From an uncultured delta proteobacterium (GTDB taxonomy: Bacteria > Myxococcota > Kuafuiibacteriia > Kuafuiibacteriales > Kuafuiibacteriaceae): a DNA stretch of 64,000 nucleotides. Under the pieces are notes generated by a model, which did not search any database, was not told the DNA's origin, and saw only the letters and a program-made list of their open reading frames with translations. The stretch covers positions 1,888,001 to 1,952,000 of the forward strand of contig CAWDML010000001.1 in assembly GCA_963803435.1 (NCBI GenBank), read 5' to 3'. Below are positions 19,825 to 30,769 of the stretch, in pieces. The position numbers were made by a program, and so were the translations under genes. Every line of letters starts with the position of its first letter. The first letter of the stretch is position 1.

Positions 19825-20708
19825 CGCGGCAGCTCCCGGACCTTCGCGTTCAGGCAGTGGTGCCGCCGGCCGTCCCGCGGCGTGGTGATGCGCAGCTCGA
19901 CCGGGACGTCGGGCTCGATCTCCACCTTGGTCTCGAACCAGCCGATACGGTTCGGGACCACCACGCGACCCTTCGTCAACCCACCTTGCACGATCTCGGT
20001 GGTGACGGAGGCGCCGCCGGGCGTGCCGGTGACGGCGTCGTCCGCCAGGCCGGCCGACACCCAGAGCTCGAGCTTGCGGCCCTGGGGTGGCGCGGTCTGC
20101 GGAGGGATCTCGTGCACGATCACGCCGCCCGTGGTCGGGTGCGCCCACACGCAGGTGGCCTCGCCCCCGCCGACGCGGAATGTCCGCTGGGCCGCGTAGA
20201 GCCACTCGGCCTCGCCCGGACACTGGTAGCCGCCCTCGCCGCGGGGCTCGGTGCACCGGGAGGTGATGCGCCCGCCCCGCTCCACGCGCATGGTCCGCTC
20301 GCCGACGCTCTCGTAGTGATCGTAGAGGACGACCTCGGCGTTCTCGCTCGGCTGGTAGATCCGGAGCTCGAGCGGATCGTCCAGCGCGATCACCTGTGCC
20401 GGCGTGCCGGGCAGATACATCCGCGCGTCGCTGCAATCGAGGACCAGCACGCGCCGCGACCGCAGCATCGAGTCGATGGGCCGGTCCGGTCGGGCCTGGA
20501 GCCCGCCCAGGGGCTGGAGCTCCTCCACCGAGAACAGCGGCGAGTGCACCACTAGATCGCCCGGGTGTCGCTCGGCATCGAGGCGGGTCTTCGCCAGCGC
20601 CATCACGTCCGCCGGGACCGGACGCAGATCGCCGCGCACGGCTACCTGGAGATCCAGCAGGGCGGCCAGCACCACCGCACTCAGCCCCAGCGCCGCGGGC
20701 AGCTTCAT
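19821..20708 (-). CDS. hypothetical exported/membrane-anchored protein
   Basis: MKLPAALGLSAVVLAALL signal/TM; overlapping start and stop codons with both neighbours. Confidence 0.7.
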   Translation of the reverse strand: MKLPAALGLSAVVLAALLDLQVAVRGDLRPVPADVMALAKTRLDAERHPGDLVVHSPLFSVEELQPLGGLQARPDRPIDSMLRSRRVLVLDCSDARMYLPGTPAQVIALDDPLELRIYQPSENAEVVLYDHYESVGERTMRVERGGRITSRCTEPRGEGGYQCPGEAEWLYAAQRTFRVGGGEATCVWAHPTTGGVIVHEIPPQTAPPQGRKLELWVSAGLADDAVTGTPGGASVTTEIVQGGLTKGRVVVPNRIGWFETKVEIEPDVPVELRITTPRDGRRHHCLNAKVRELPR

Positions 20709-22699
20709 CCGACGGCTCTCGCGACCACCGCGCTGTCGTCGTCCTCGCGGATCGGCGCCGCCGACGCCGTGCCCGGACCGTAGCGCTCCATCCAGAGCTC
20801 GAAGGCCAGGAGCGTCCACAGCGGCTTCCGGTGGTCGGCGAACCCGCGCTCGTGCTCGTCGAGCAGGCGATGGACCTCCAGCGGATCGAGCAACCCCTCC
20901 CGCCGCAACTTGGGTTGCGAGAGGAGATCGTGCGCCAGGTCGTTCAGCGGGCCTCGGATCCACTCGCCGATGGGCATGCCGAAGCCCTTCTTGGGGCGAT
21001 CGATGATCTCGTCCGGGATCCAGCCGCGGGCGGCCTTCTTGAAGAGGTACTTGGTGGTGAGGCCGTGCAGCTTGAGCGTGCCCGGGAGCGCGGCCGCGAA
21101 CTCCACGACCCGCGTGTCGAGCAGCGGCGCCCGGACCTCCAGACCGCAGGCCATCGCCGCGCGGTCGACCTTCACCAGCACGTCGCCGGTCAGGTAGAGC
21201 CGGCCGTACTGGAAGACAGCGCGGTCGTAGTGATCGCGGGCGTCGGTCATCGCCTCGAAGTTGGCGATCGTGCTGTAGGGCGCGGTCCGCAGGGCGGCCT
21301 CGCGGACGTCGTCCGAGAGGACCCGCTCCAGCTCATCCGGCATGAACGAGCCCATCCAGGCCTGATGGCGGAAGTCGCGCGGCAGGCCCAGCCCCTGCGC
21401 GAAGCGCTTGGCCTTGAAGTCGAAGCTGAAGTTCTTCCGCGACACCGGGAGCAGCCCGGTGAGCGCGCGGGCGGCCCGGCCCAGGCGCTCGGTCCCGCGC
21501 GGTCCCAACCGGCGCTCGATCCCGCCGGCCACGCGATCGGCCTGGAAGGTCGGGTAGCCCAGGAAGAGCTCGTCGCCGCCGTCGCCGCCGAGCGCGACCG
21601 TCACGGTGCGGCGCGTGAAGCGCGAGAGCAGGTACGTGGGGATCAGCGAGCCGTCGCCGAGCGGCTCGCACATGAAGTCTGCGACCTCGGGGAGGATGTC
21701 GATCATCACCTGCGGTGACAGCCGCTCCTCGTGATGATCGGTCCCCAGGAAGTCGGCAACCTGCCTGGCATGACGGCTCTCGTCGAAGGTGCGGTCCTCG
21801 AAGGAGATCGAGAACGTCTTGATCTCCCTTCGCGGTACCACCTCCGCCATCGCCGCGGTCACCGTCGAGGAGTCGATCCCGCCCGAGAGGAAGACGCCCA
21901 GCGGCACGTCGGAGATCAGGCGCGCCTCGGTCGCCTCGCGGATCAGCTGGCGCAGCTTGGTGACCAGCTCGGCCTCGGTCTTGCCGCGGACCCAGTCGGC
22001 CCAGGGCGAGGCGGCGAAGCGCATCCGCCAGTACTCGTGGACCTCGGCCCGCCCCTTCTCCCGATCGAACAGCAGGTAGTGTCCGGGCAGCAGCTTCTGG
22101 ACGTCGCGGTAGATCGACTGCGCCTCGGGGACGCACTCGTACGTCAGATACGAGGCCAGCCCCGAGAGGCTGACCGCCCGCTCGAACGAGGGATGGGCGG
22201 CGATCGCCTTCAGCTCCGAGCCGAACAGGAGCGCGCCGTCCACGAACGCGTAGTAGAGCGGCTTCTTCCCCATCCGATCGCGAGCCAGGACCAGCCGCCG
22301 GCGCCGCACGTCCCAGATCACCAGCGCGAACATGCCGCCGAGGCGATCGATCACCGACTCGCCCCAGGCCTCGTAGCCGTGCGCGATCACCTCCGAGTCG
22401 GAGCCCGTCCGGAAGCGATAGCCGAGCTGCTCCAGCTCGTCGCGGAGCTCGCGGAAGTTGTAGATCTCACCGTTGCAGATGATCTGGATGGTGCCGTCGC
22501 CGTTCGTGAGCGGCTGGTGGCCGCCGGTGAGATCGATGATCGAGAGCCGCCGATGGCCGAGCCCACAGCCGCCCTCATCGTCGAAGTAGTAGCCCTCGTC
22601 ATCGGGGCCGCGGCGGGCGAGCGTGTTGTTCATCCGGGCCAGGATCGCCCGCGAGGGCACCGCGCCCGGCGGCACGATCATCCCCGAGATGCCGCACAT
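20705..22699 (-). CDS. asnB: asparagine synthase (glutamine-hydrolysing) family amidotransferase
   Basis: MCGI, RGPD, HRRLSIID, NGEIYN, LSGGIDSS, GDGGDELF, RPKKGF. Confidence 0.95.
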   Translation of the reverse strand: MCGISGMIVPPGAVPSRAILARMNNTLARRGPDDEGYYFDDEGGCGLGHRRLSIIDLTGGHQPLTNGDGTIQIICNGEIYNFRELRDELEQLGYRFRTGSDSEVIAHGYEAWGESVIDRLGGMFALVIWDVRRRRLVLARDRMGKKPLYYAFVDGALLFGSELKAIAAHPSFERAVSLSGLASYLTYECVPEAQSIYRDVQKLLPGHYLLFDREKGRAEVHEYWRMRFAASPWADWVRGKTEAELVTKLRQLIREATEARLISDVPLGVFLSGGIDSSTVTAAMAEVVPRREIKTFSISFEDRTFDESRHARQVADFLGTDHHEERLSPQVMIDILPEVADFMCEPLGDGSLIPTYLLSRFTRRTVTVALGGDGGDELFLGYPTFQADRVAGGIERRLGPRGTERLGRAARALTGLLPVSRKNFSFDFKAKRFAQGLGLPRDFRHQAWMGSFMPDELERVLSDDVREAALRTAPYSTIANFEAMTDARDHYDRAVFQYGRLYLTGDVLVKVDRAAMACGLEVRAPLLDTRVVEFAAALPGTLKLHGLTTKYLFKKAARGWIPDEIIDRPKKGFGMPIGEWIRGPLNDLAHDLLSQPKLRREGLLDPLEVHRLLDEHERGFADHRKPLWTLLAFELWMERYGPGTASAAPIREDDDSAVVARAVG

Positions 22700-22703
22700 G
22701 GTC

Positions 22704-23753
22704 CTATTTCCCCGCGGCGACGTGTCCGCGCGACACGTTCTCCCGCCGCTTGCGCGCGGCCTCTCCGCTCAGGTTCTTGCGCTCGCGCAGCATGTAGATC
22801 GGGCGCGACTGGCTCTCGTGGTAGGTGCGGATCCCGATCTCGGCGAGCAGGCCGAGGAACAGGCTCTGGATGCCGAGGGAGCCCAGGAACACCGCGATCG
22901 ACAGGAACGGGTTCCGGTGGGCCCAGACGCCGTGGACGTACTTCTCGAACAGCACGTAGATCGCCGAGAGCACACCGGCGCCGAAGAGCATGAAGCCGAG
23001 GGCGCCGAAGAAGTAGATCGGTTTGGTCCCGTAACTGCCGAGGAACTTCACCACCAGGAGGTCGAGGATCACCTTGAACGTCCGCGCGATCCCGTACTTC
23101 GACGTCCCGTACTTGCGCGGCCGGTGGTTGACGACGACCTCGGCCACGCGGGCGCCCGCCCAGGAGGCATAGATGGGGATGAAGCGGTGCATCTCGCCGT
23201 AGAGCTGGACCGGGTCCAGCACCTCGCGACGGTACGCCTTGAGCGTGCAGCCGTAGTCGTGGAGCTTCACGCCGCTGACCCACGAGATGATGTGATTCGC
23301 GATCATCGACGGGAAGCGGCGGGAGAGAAAGACGTCCTGGCGCGTCTTGCGCCAGCCGGAGACCACGTCGTACCCCTCGTCGATCTTGTGCAGTAGATCC
23401 GGGATCGACTTGGGGTCGTTCTGCAGATCCGCGTCGAGCGGGATGATGATGTCGCCGATCGCATGATCGATCGCGGCCACCATCGCCGCCGTCTGGCCGA
23501 AGTTCCTTCGGAAGCGGAGCAGCTTCAGGCGTTCGTCGCGATCCGCCCAGGCGGCGAGCTTGTCCCAGGTGCCGTCGGTGGAGCCGTCGTCGACGATGAC
23601 GATCTCGCCGGTGACGCCGACCTCGTCGATGACCTTGAAGGCCTCCTCGAGCAGCTCGTCGACGCTCTCCTCCTCGTTGTAGCAAGGGATGACGAGGGAG
23701 ACGCGCGGGATGTCCGCGTCCTGCTCGTCCACCGGATAGAGGCCGCTCTCCAT
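22704..23753 (-). CDS. GT2 polyprenol-phosphate glycosyltransferase (ArnC/GtrB-like)
   Basis: IPCYNEE, DDGSTD, RNFGQTAA, DADLQND, YGEMHRFIP, two C-terminal TM helices. Confidence 0.92.
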   Translation of the reverse strand: MESGLYPVDEQDADIPRVSLVIPCYNEEESVDELLEEAFKVIDEVGVTGEIVIVDDGSTDGTWDKLAAWADRDERLKLLRFRRNFGQTAAMVAAIDHAIGDIIIPLDADLQNDPKSIPDLLHKIDEGYDVVSGWRKTRQDVFLSRRFPSMIANHIISWVSGVKLHDYGCTLKAYRREVLDPVQLYGEMHRFIPIYASWAGARVAEVVVNHRPRKYGTSKYGIARTFKVILDLLVVKFLGSYGTKPIYFFGALGFMLFGAGVLSAIYVLFEKYVHGVWAHRNPFLSIAVFLGSLGIQSLFLGLLAEIGIRTYHESQSRPIYMLRERKNLSGEAARKRRENVSRGHVAAGK

Positions 23754-23763
23754 ACTCACTCGG

Positions 23764-24546
23764 TCACTCGGCCCGCGGCAGGCCGGCCCTCACCTCGAGC
23801 TCCTTGGTGATACGCGCCAGGCCCCGGGCATCCAGCTTCGGACCCACCAGCGAGCGCAGGAGCGACATCACCTCCTCATGCTGTTTGCACTCGGCGTCCT
23901 GAGGCGGCAAGCGCCGATGCTTCATCTCGTCGTCGATCCGGGCCATCAACCGCTCCGAATCGAGGATCACGACCGCGATCTGGGGCCGCTCGGCGGCGCG
24001 CTTTCCCTCGTCGAAGGTCTTTCGCAGGGCGTCCAGATCGGCCGCGAGCAGGCACCGCGCCCCTCTCAGATAGGCCTCCGGAGTCGGCAGCGGCGCGACT
24101 CCGGCCGGCGCCGCCGCGGCCGCCCGGGCCCGCTCCTTCTCGAGGGCCCGCACGCTCGAGCCCACATCGAGCCCGCCCGGCAGCTCGATCGCCGCACCGG
24201 CCAGGTCCTCGACGTCCTCCGGCAGAACGTCGGCCTCCCCTTCGGGATCGGGGGTCTCCTCGACGCTGGCGCTGCTGGTCCGGGCCCGGGCGAGCTGCCG
24301 CGCCTCCTCCTCCCTCCGGAGCCGCGCCAGGCGGGTATCGAACGCCTGGGCTTCGCGCCGCTCCTCGGCCGCCATCACCTCGGCCCGCGACTCGTAGCCG
24401 TCCTCCTCGGTGGTGAGCACCTCGAGGCAGCGCGGATCGTGGGCGAGATCCTGCCGGCACGCCTCCGCCAGTCGGTCGCGCGCGGAGGTGGTGGCGCACG
24501 CGGCGATCGCGAGCCCGGCTGCGACGGCGACGAACGGACGGACCAC
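23764..24546 (-). CDS. hypothetical lipoprotein
   Basis: Lipobox IAAC; helical, acidic linker. Confidence 0.65.
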   Translation of the reverse strand: MVRPFVAVAAGLAIAACATTSARDRLAEACRQDLAHDPRCLEVLTTEEDGYESRAEVMAAEERREAQAFDTRLARLRREEEARQLARARTSSASVEETPDPEGEADVLPEDVEDLAGAAIELPGGLDVGSSVRALEKERARAAAAAPAGVAPLPTPEAYLRGARCLLAADLDALRKTFDEGKRAAERPQIAVVILDSERLMARIDDEMKHRRLPPQDAECKQHEEVMSLLRSLVGPKLDARGLARITKELEVRAGLPRAE

Positions 24547-24549
24547 CGA

Positions 24550-25869
24550 CTATCTCTTACAGACTTCGGATGCAGCGCGCCACGCAGACGCGCGGATCTT
24601 CGGATCGTGCGCCTTCTTGGCGACGGCCATCAGCGCGGGGACATCGGCGTCTCCACCGATGCGCGCCATGATCTCGAGCGCCTCGCCGAGCGCGCGTCCC
24701 TCCGGTCCCTGCATCCGCGAGCGCGCCAGCGCCAGACCGGCGAGCGGATCGGAGGTGGCCATCGCTTGCAGCACCCGAGCCTGGCTCGGATCGTCGAGCA
24801 GACCCTGGCCGATCCACGCCTCCATCACGTGCTCGATCGAACGCGCGTGATCGGGCTCCAGCTGATTCTGCGGCGCGCCCGCGCCCGAGAAGGCCCAGAG
24901 GACCTGCGCGGCCGAGGGCACCGCCGCCGGCTCCAGCTTCTCCAGCGCGTCGACCGAGCCGGCGTTCTTGAGCGCGATCGCCATCGCGGCCTGGCCGTCC
25001 ACCTCTTCACCGTACCGGGGACGCGCGCGCTTCGCCCATCGCGTCACGCTGGCCGGCGAGTCGAGACCGCCGGTGGCGAGCAGCGCGGCCAGTGCGCTGC
25101 TGCGTACGATCGGCTTCTGGTTCATCAGCTGGCCACGGATCGCCTTGGCAACACGCACGCGGTGGACCGCGTTCGAGACCAGCGCCTGCGCCACCACCCC
25201 CTCCGGGAGCGACGCCAGCTCGTCCGGCCGGAAGCGGTGATCCTGCTCGAACAACGCCCGCGCCGCGCGCTCGGCCCGGCCCGCGTCGCGATCGGAGAGC
25301 ATGTCGATCAGCACGCGGCGCGCGCGGGCACTCCACCACTTCACGTGCACTTCGGCGGCCGTCAGCTTCACCTGCGGATCGTCGTCGACCAGCGCCTCGT
25401 AGAGGATCGTGCGAGGCCGCTTCTGCGGCATGATCGCCAGGGCCTCCGCGGTCAGCCGGCGCACCTCCACGTCGCCTTCGAGGAGCGCCTGCGTGATCGT
25501 GCTCGTCCCCACTACGTCGCCGAGCGCCATCATCGCGAGCGACCAGGAGAGGCGGCGGTCCGGCGGCGGACGCTCGACGCGAAGCCGCTGGAGCGCGATC
25601 GCCATGCGGGAGAGCCCGAGCGCCATGTACGCGCCGTGGGCCGTCGTCATCGGCGCGGTCCGGGCGGTACGGAGGAGCGCGTCGATCGCGGCCGGGCTGA
25701 AGTGAGGCGCCAGGGTCATCAGCACCTCCGGCTCCGGGGCCAGCGCCAGCGCGTCGATCTCCCGCTGCACCTCGTCGCAGACTTCCGGTCGAGCGAACGC
25801 CGGGCTGGGAACGACGAGGGAGAGCAAGATCGCGACGAACCCGCCGAGTGTTGACAGCTCCGACACCAC
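24550..25869 (-). CDS. exported HEAT-repeat protein
   Basis: Signal-like AILLSLVVPSPAFA; repeats such as ALLEGDVEVRRLTAEAL and ALVDDDPQVKLTAA; start approximate. Confidence 0.7.
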   Translation of the reverse strand: MVSELSTLGGFVAILLSLVVPSPAFARPEVCDEVQREIDALALAPEPEVLMTLAPHFSPAAIDALLRTARTAPMTTAHGAYMALGLSRMAIALQRLRVERPPPDRRLSWSLAMMALGDVVGTSTITQALLEGDVEVRRLTAEALAIMPQKRPRTILYEALVDDDPQVKLTAAEVHVKWWSARARRVLIDMLSDRDAGRAERAARALFEQDHRFRPDELASLPEGVVAQALVSNAVHRVRVAKAIRGQLMNQKPIVRSSALAALLATGGLDSPASVTRWAKRARPRYGEEVDGQAAMAIALKNAGSVDALEKLEPAAVPSAAQVLWAFSGAGAPQNQLEPDHARSIEHVMEAWIGQGLLDDPSQARVLQAMATSDPLAGLALARSRMQGPEGRALGEALEIMARIGGDADVPALMAVAKKAHDPKIRASAWRAASEVCKR

Positions 25870-25915
25870 CGTCGTTCTCCGACACCTGCCTCCCGTTACG
25901 CGCCGGGAAGAAACA

Positions 25916-25927
25916 GATGCTAGCATC
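25916..25927. promoter_or_regulatory. palindromic extended -10 element between divergent genes
   Basis: Perfect palindrome GATGCTAGCATC gives TG-C-TAGCAT on both strands. Confidence 0.45.
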
Positions 25928-26019
25928 AGTCCGGGACGACCGGACCCGCCACCGGGCGCCGAACGCGTGTTTTTTCGGCACGTTCGACGGCCGGATCGGA
26001 AAGGTCTGTCGCACGCTGG

Positions 26020-29000
26020 ATGCAAGAGCTCAGCACCAGCACGAATCGTTTCGGAGACTACATTCTCCACGACCGCATCGGTGCGGGCGGAATGGCCGAG
26101 ATTTTCCTGGCCACGGCCACCGGAATCGAAGGCTTCGAGAAGCGCGTCGTCATCAAGCGCATCCTGCCGTCGCTGTCGGACGACGAGCAGTTCGTCCGTA
26201 TGTTCATCGAAGAGGCCAAGCTCTGCGTGGCCCTGCGGCATCCCAACATCGTCCAAGTCCACGACCTCGGCGAGATCGAAGCTCAGTACTACATCGCGAT
26301 GGAGTACGTCGACGGCCGGGACCTGCTGAAGACCTTGGCCGCCTGCGGCAAGAAGAAGATCGGCTTCCCTACCGACATCGCGCTCTTCATCGTGATGGAG
26401 GCGCTGAAGGGCCTCAACTACGCGCATCAGCTGAAGAAGCCCAACGGCGAGCCGCTCGGGATCATCCACCGGGATGTCTCACCTTCGAACGTTCTGTTGT
26501 CTTTCGAGGGCGAGGTGAAGATCGGCGACTTCGGTATCGCGAAGGCGAACACGCGAGAGAAGACGGCCACCGGGATCCTCAAGGGCAAGTTCGGCTATAT
26601 GGCCCCCGAGCAGGTCACCGGCGTGCCGATCGACTCGCGCGCCGACATCTTCGCCGTCGGCATCGTGATGTACGAGCTGCTGACCGGCCATCGCCTGTTC
26701 GCGGGCAAGAACGACCTGGCCGTCCTCGAGAAGGTGCGGGACGCGCGCATCGAGCCGCCGCCGCGCTTCTACCGGCAGGACCTCGATCCGGAGCTCGAGC
26801 ACATCGTGCTGCGCGCCCTCTCGCGGGACGCGCGGGACCGGTTTCAGAACGCGCACCAGCTCCACGACGCGATCCACGACTACGTCTACCGATCGCGCGC
26901 CACGGTGGGACCGGCCCATCTCGCGCGCTTCATGCAGACGCTCTTCCTCAACGATCCCGAGGAGATCGACCGGCGCTCCCGCGTCAAGCTGCCGCTCCCG
27001 CGACAGTTCCCGGTGGGCGCAGCCAGCGCCAACGGCGCCCGTCCCACCGCCAAGAACGGCACCAGCAACGGGCGCGTGCTCGAGCTCCTCTCCACCGACG
27101 GTGAGTTCGACGAGAAGACGCCCCTCTTGGATCCCGCGGACCTCCCCGGGTCGCAGCTCTCGAGCTCGGTCGCCTTCATCTCGGATGTCGACAGCTGGGA
27201 GCGGGCAGGCTCCTCGGCGCTGATCGACTACGCGCTCGCCGAGAACAGCGATCCGGAACCTTCGGATCGACCGAGACCTCCGCCGCTGCCGCCGCTGACC
27301 CAGGCGCCGCGTATCGAGTCCAACCGGCTCGAGCCCGGACCCGAGCGGACGGCCCGCACCGACGTCGAGATCGAGGTGGAGCCGCCCTCGATCTCGATCG
27401 ATGACTCGGATCGGTCGCCTCAGGCGCGGGTGGCGGCGCTCCGACTGGCGGTGCAGACCGAGGCGCCCACGGATCTCAATCTCTCGGAGGAGTCCAAGCT
27501 GCTCATCGAGGACAGGAAGGCGCCGATCCGTCCCGCCGCCACGGTGCTGGGCCGACCGCCCACCCCCGAGCGCCAGACGAGCGGCGTGACCGACGAGATC
27601 GCGGATTCGGGTCCGCAGTTTCGGCGCGTCGAGCTGGACGAGGACGCCGAGGACACCACCCGGAAGGATGACGACGACGACTACCACGACCCCTCGGACA
27701 TCGTGGAGCGGACGGTCTCGAACCCCGGCCATGACGACACCAATCTGGATCCCGACGAGGAGATGACCAGCGAGGTCGAGCCGACGGTCCGCTTCGACTC
27801 GGCCCTCTTCCCCGTGGAGCGTTTGATCGAGCCGGCAGCCAGCACCACCTCGATCGGGCTCTTCAGCGAGGAGCGCACCAAGGAGGAAGAGGGAAGCGGC
27901 AACCCATTCGCGTATCTGAGCCTGAACGACACGAGCGGAGGCACGCTGCAGCTCGAGGACAGCGACTTCCCCACGGCCGAGGTCTCGGAGGCGGCGCTGC
28001 GGGCCGATTCGAAGGGGCGGTCGGAGGTCGACACCGTGCCGGCGCCGACCACGCTCGACCGCATCGCATCCCGGGCGGCCAGCGAGAATCAAACGCGACA
28101 ACTCGCGCACGGACGTCTCCGCCGATGCCCCGGAGGCGCTGGTCTCGCCCATCTTGGACGCGGAGGATCCGCGCGATCGCACCGAGAGCGACCTGGATCC
28201 GCCGTCCGCCGTGGTGAGGCCGCGGAGCGACTCCATCTTCAGCGATCCTACGGAGGCGCGCGACCCGCTGGAGGGCGACGACTCGATCCCGCCCACGCAG
28301 CGTGCGGTCGCGGAGATGCGGCGCGCGCGGCGGGCCAGCCGGATGGCGAACGAGCTGGCGAAGGAGGAGGCGCGCGGACCGTTGCGGCGACGGCCCATCA
28401 CCTCGCGACGCCCTCGCCCGCTCCTGATGCCCGACGAGGACGAGGACGAGCTGAAGCTCGCGCCCAACCGGTCGCCGCCGGGGCGCCCCCGGCGAAGAGG
28501 TACCGCGACGCGGGCGCTGTCGGTCGTGAATCCGATCCCGCGTCAACCCAGCTTGCGGCGTCCGATCGTGCAGGCGAAGGCGCGGAACGACTCGGACTTC
28601 TCGTCGGATCAGACGGGGGCGGGGTTCCTCGTCGACGACGAGACCCAGAGCGGCGAGATGGCGGGTGAAGCCGCGCTCCCGCAGCCGACGATCGAGGCGA
28701 CACCCAAGCGTCGGTCGAGCTCCGGCGTGACCGCAGCGCTGAGCGAGGCCGCCCAGGTCGACGAGGAGATCCGAGAGATCCAGCAGAGCACGACGAACGG
28801 CGGCCCGTCGCCCGACGAGACTTCGCCCGATCAGGTCTTCCGACCCGAGGACGACGACTACGATCCCGAGTTCGACGAGGAAGACACGAAGCAGGGCGTC
28901 CGGGTGAAGGAGGCGATCGACCGCATCCAGTCGCGGCGCCAGATCGTCACGCAGAACTTCGTGCTCTACAGCGAGAAGGAGCAGTTCGGCGACGAGGACT

Positions 29001-30769
29001 CGGAGACCAGCGCTCCCGTGATCACCTCGGCCGGCCGGCTGGAGGACGAGGGCGCCTCGGATCTGTTCGGCGTCCTCGAGGTGCTCGATCGCGGCACGCT
29101 CGACGAGCTCGGCTTCTCCCCCGAGGAGGAGGTGTCCCTCGAGACCGAGTCGGGCGACTACGGAGCGGGCGAGACCAAGCTCGGGATGCTCTCCGTCGAC
29201 GACGAGGAGGAGACGGAGGGCGAGGTCTTCGACGACGAGCCCACCGCGTCGGTGACCGACGCCGACGTGCTGTCGGTCTCCCAGCTCCTCAAGAACAGCT
29301 CGGTGCCGCTGGAGCCCGGCATCGTCGAGGTGGACGACGAGGCGTCCGGGATCTCGATCAGCCTCGAGCCGGGTGATCGACTGCGCGACGAGATCGAGCT
29401 GATCGACGACCGGAGCGGCTTCGAGTTCGAATTCACCGACAACGAGGAGCCCACCGAGGAGCAGGACAGCCAGCCCGGGCGGCCGGCGAACGGGCGCCCG
29501 CGGAGCGTGCTCGACACGCCGGCCGGGATGCAGTTCATCGACGACACCAGCAATCAGCGCCCGGTTCGGCTGATCTCCGACAGCTTCGACCTGGAGCAGA
29601 ACCCAGACCCGAACCCGCGGGCCAACGGAGCGCGCAGCGAGGGCCTGCGAGCGGAGCCGGGTGCGAGGCCCTCGCCCGAGCGGGCCCCGCGGCCACCCGT
29701 GCGTCCCGTCTCGATGGAGGCGGACACCCGCCCGAGCAACCCGGACGAAATGGCGCCGGCGCGGGCCAAGCCGTCGAACGCCTCGCAGCTCCGCAGGGTG
29801 GTGCAGCGACAGAAGGTGGCCAAGGAGGTCCGGTCCAAGGGAACGGCTCCGGGCGCGCTGGCGGCGTCGCCCTCGGTCGCGCCGATCATCCCTCCGCTGC
29901 CGGCGAGCGGCTCGGCGGCGCCGATGCCGGCCAAGCCGTCGCGCGCGGCGCCTTCGGCCGGCCAGTTCTACCCGCCCGTGCAGAACGTCGAGGCGCGGAG
30001 CGCGACCGCCCTCAACCGCTTTGCGACGTTCGCCGTGCTGATCGCGGTGCTCCTGGCGGTCGCCGCGGCCGTCTCGATCCTGCTCCAGAACCGCGCGCGC
30101 GTCCCCATCCCACCGATGGCGGACACCGAGGCGCCGGTTCAGTTGCCGAAGATGCCGAAGGCCCCGGTGTCGCCGCCTCCGCCGGCGCCCCCGCTCGCGG
30201 ATCGGACCCCACCCCCGGTGGCGCCGCCGGCCCCCGCGACGCCGCCGAAAGCCCCGCCGCCGAAGAGGAGGGCCGACCTGCCGTCGAAGACGCAGGCGAA
30301 GACCCCGCCGCCGAAGGCTCCGCCGCCGAAGGCCCCGCCGCCGAAGGCCCCGCCGCCGAAGGCCCCGCCGCCGAAGGCCCCGCCGCCGAAGGGCCCCCCG
30401 GCGAAGCGACGCACCCGGGTGGCGAAGAAGGCCTCCAGGACGGAGGTCACCCCCCGAACCCAGGACGGCGAGGGCGGGAAGGCCTCCAGGACGGAGGTCA
30501 CCCCCCGAACCCAGGACGGCGAGAGCGGAAAGGCCAAGACGCCGGAGCCGCGGTCGCCGAAGGCCGATCAGGTGGTCCTCCGGATCAGCTGCAGCGATCC
30601 GATCGACATCAAGATCTCCGGGGTCGGCATCGTGAAGCAGAAGAAGAAGTACCGCCGAAGGATGAGTCCGGGCCTCTATCGGGTCACGCTGATCAAGGGC
30701 TCCCAGAAGCGTCCGTACGAGCTCGATCTCGTCCCCGGTGATCCGGTGATCCTGCGTTGTCCTTTCTGA
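26020..30769 (+). CDS. large membrane-anchored Ser/Thr protein kinase (frameshift near 28087)
   Basis: GAGGMA, VVIK, HRDVSPSN, DFG, APE; ~1000-aa acidic linker across ORFs 26020-28668 and 28154-30769; TM FAVLIAVLLAVAAAVSILL; Pro/Lys-rich region and small PEGA-like end. Confidence 0.85.
30305..30394 (+). repeat. six tandem 15-bp units encoding PPPKA
   Basis: CCGCCGCCGAAGGCY repeated. Confidence 0.9.
30427..30530 (+). repeat. 51-bp tandem duplication encoding KASRTEVTPRTQDGE(G/S)G
   Basis: Two near-identical copies. Confidence 0.9.

Noticed and set aside
20705-22699. AsnB as lasso-peptide cyclase
   Set aside because: Full glutaminase domain with N-terminal Cys; no B protein or precursor peptide; glycosyltransferase context.
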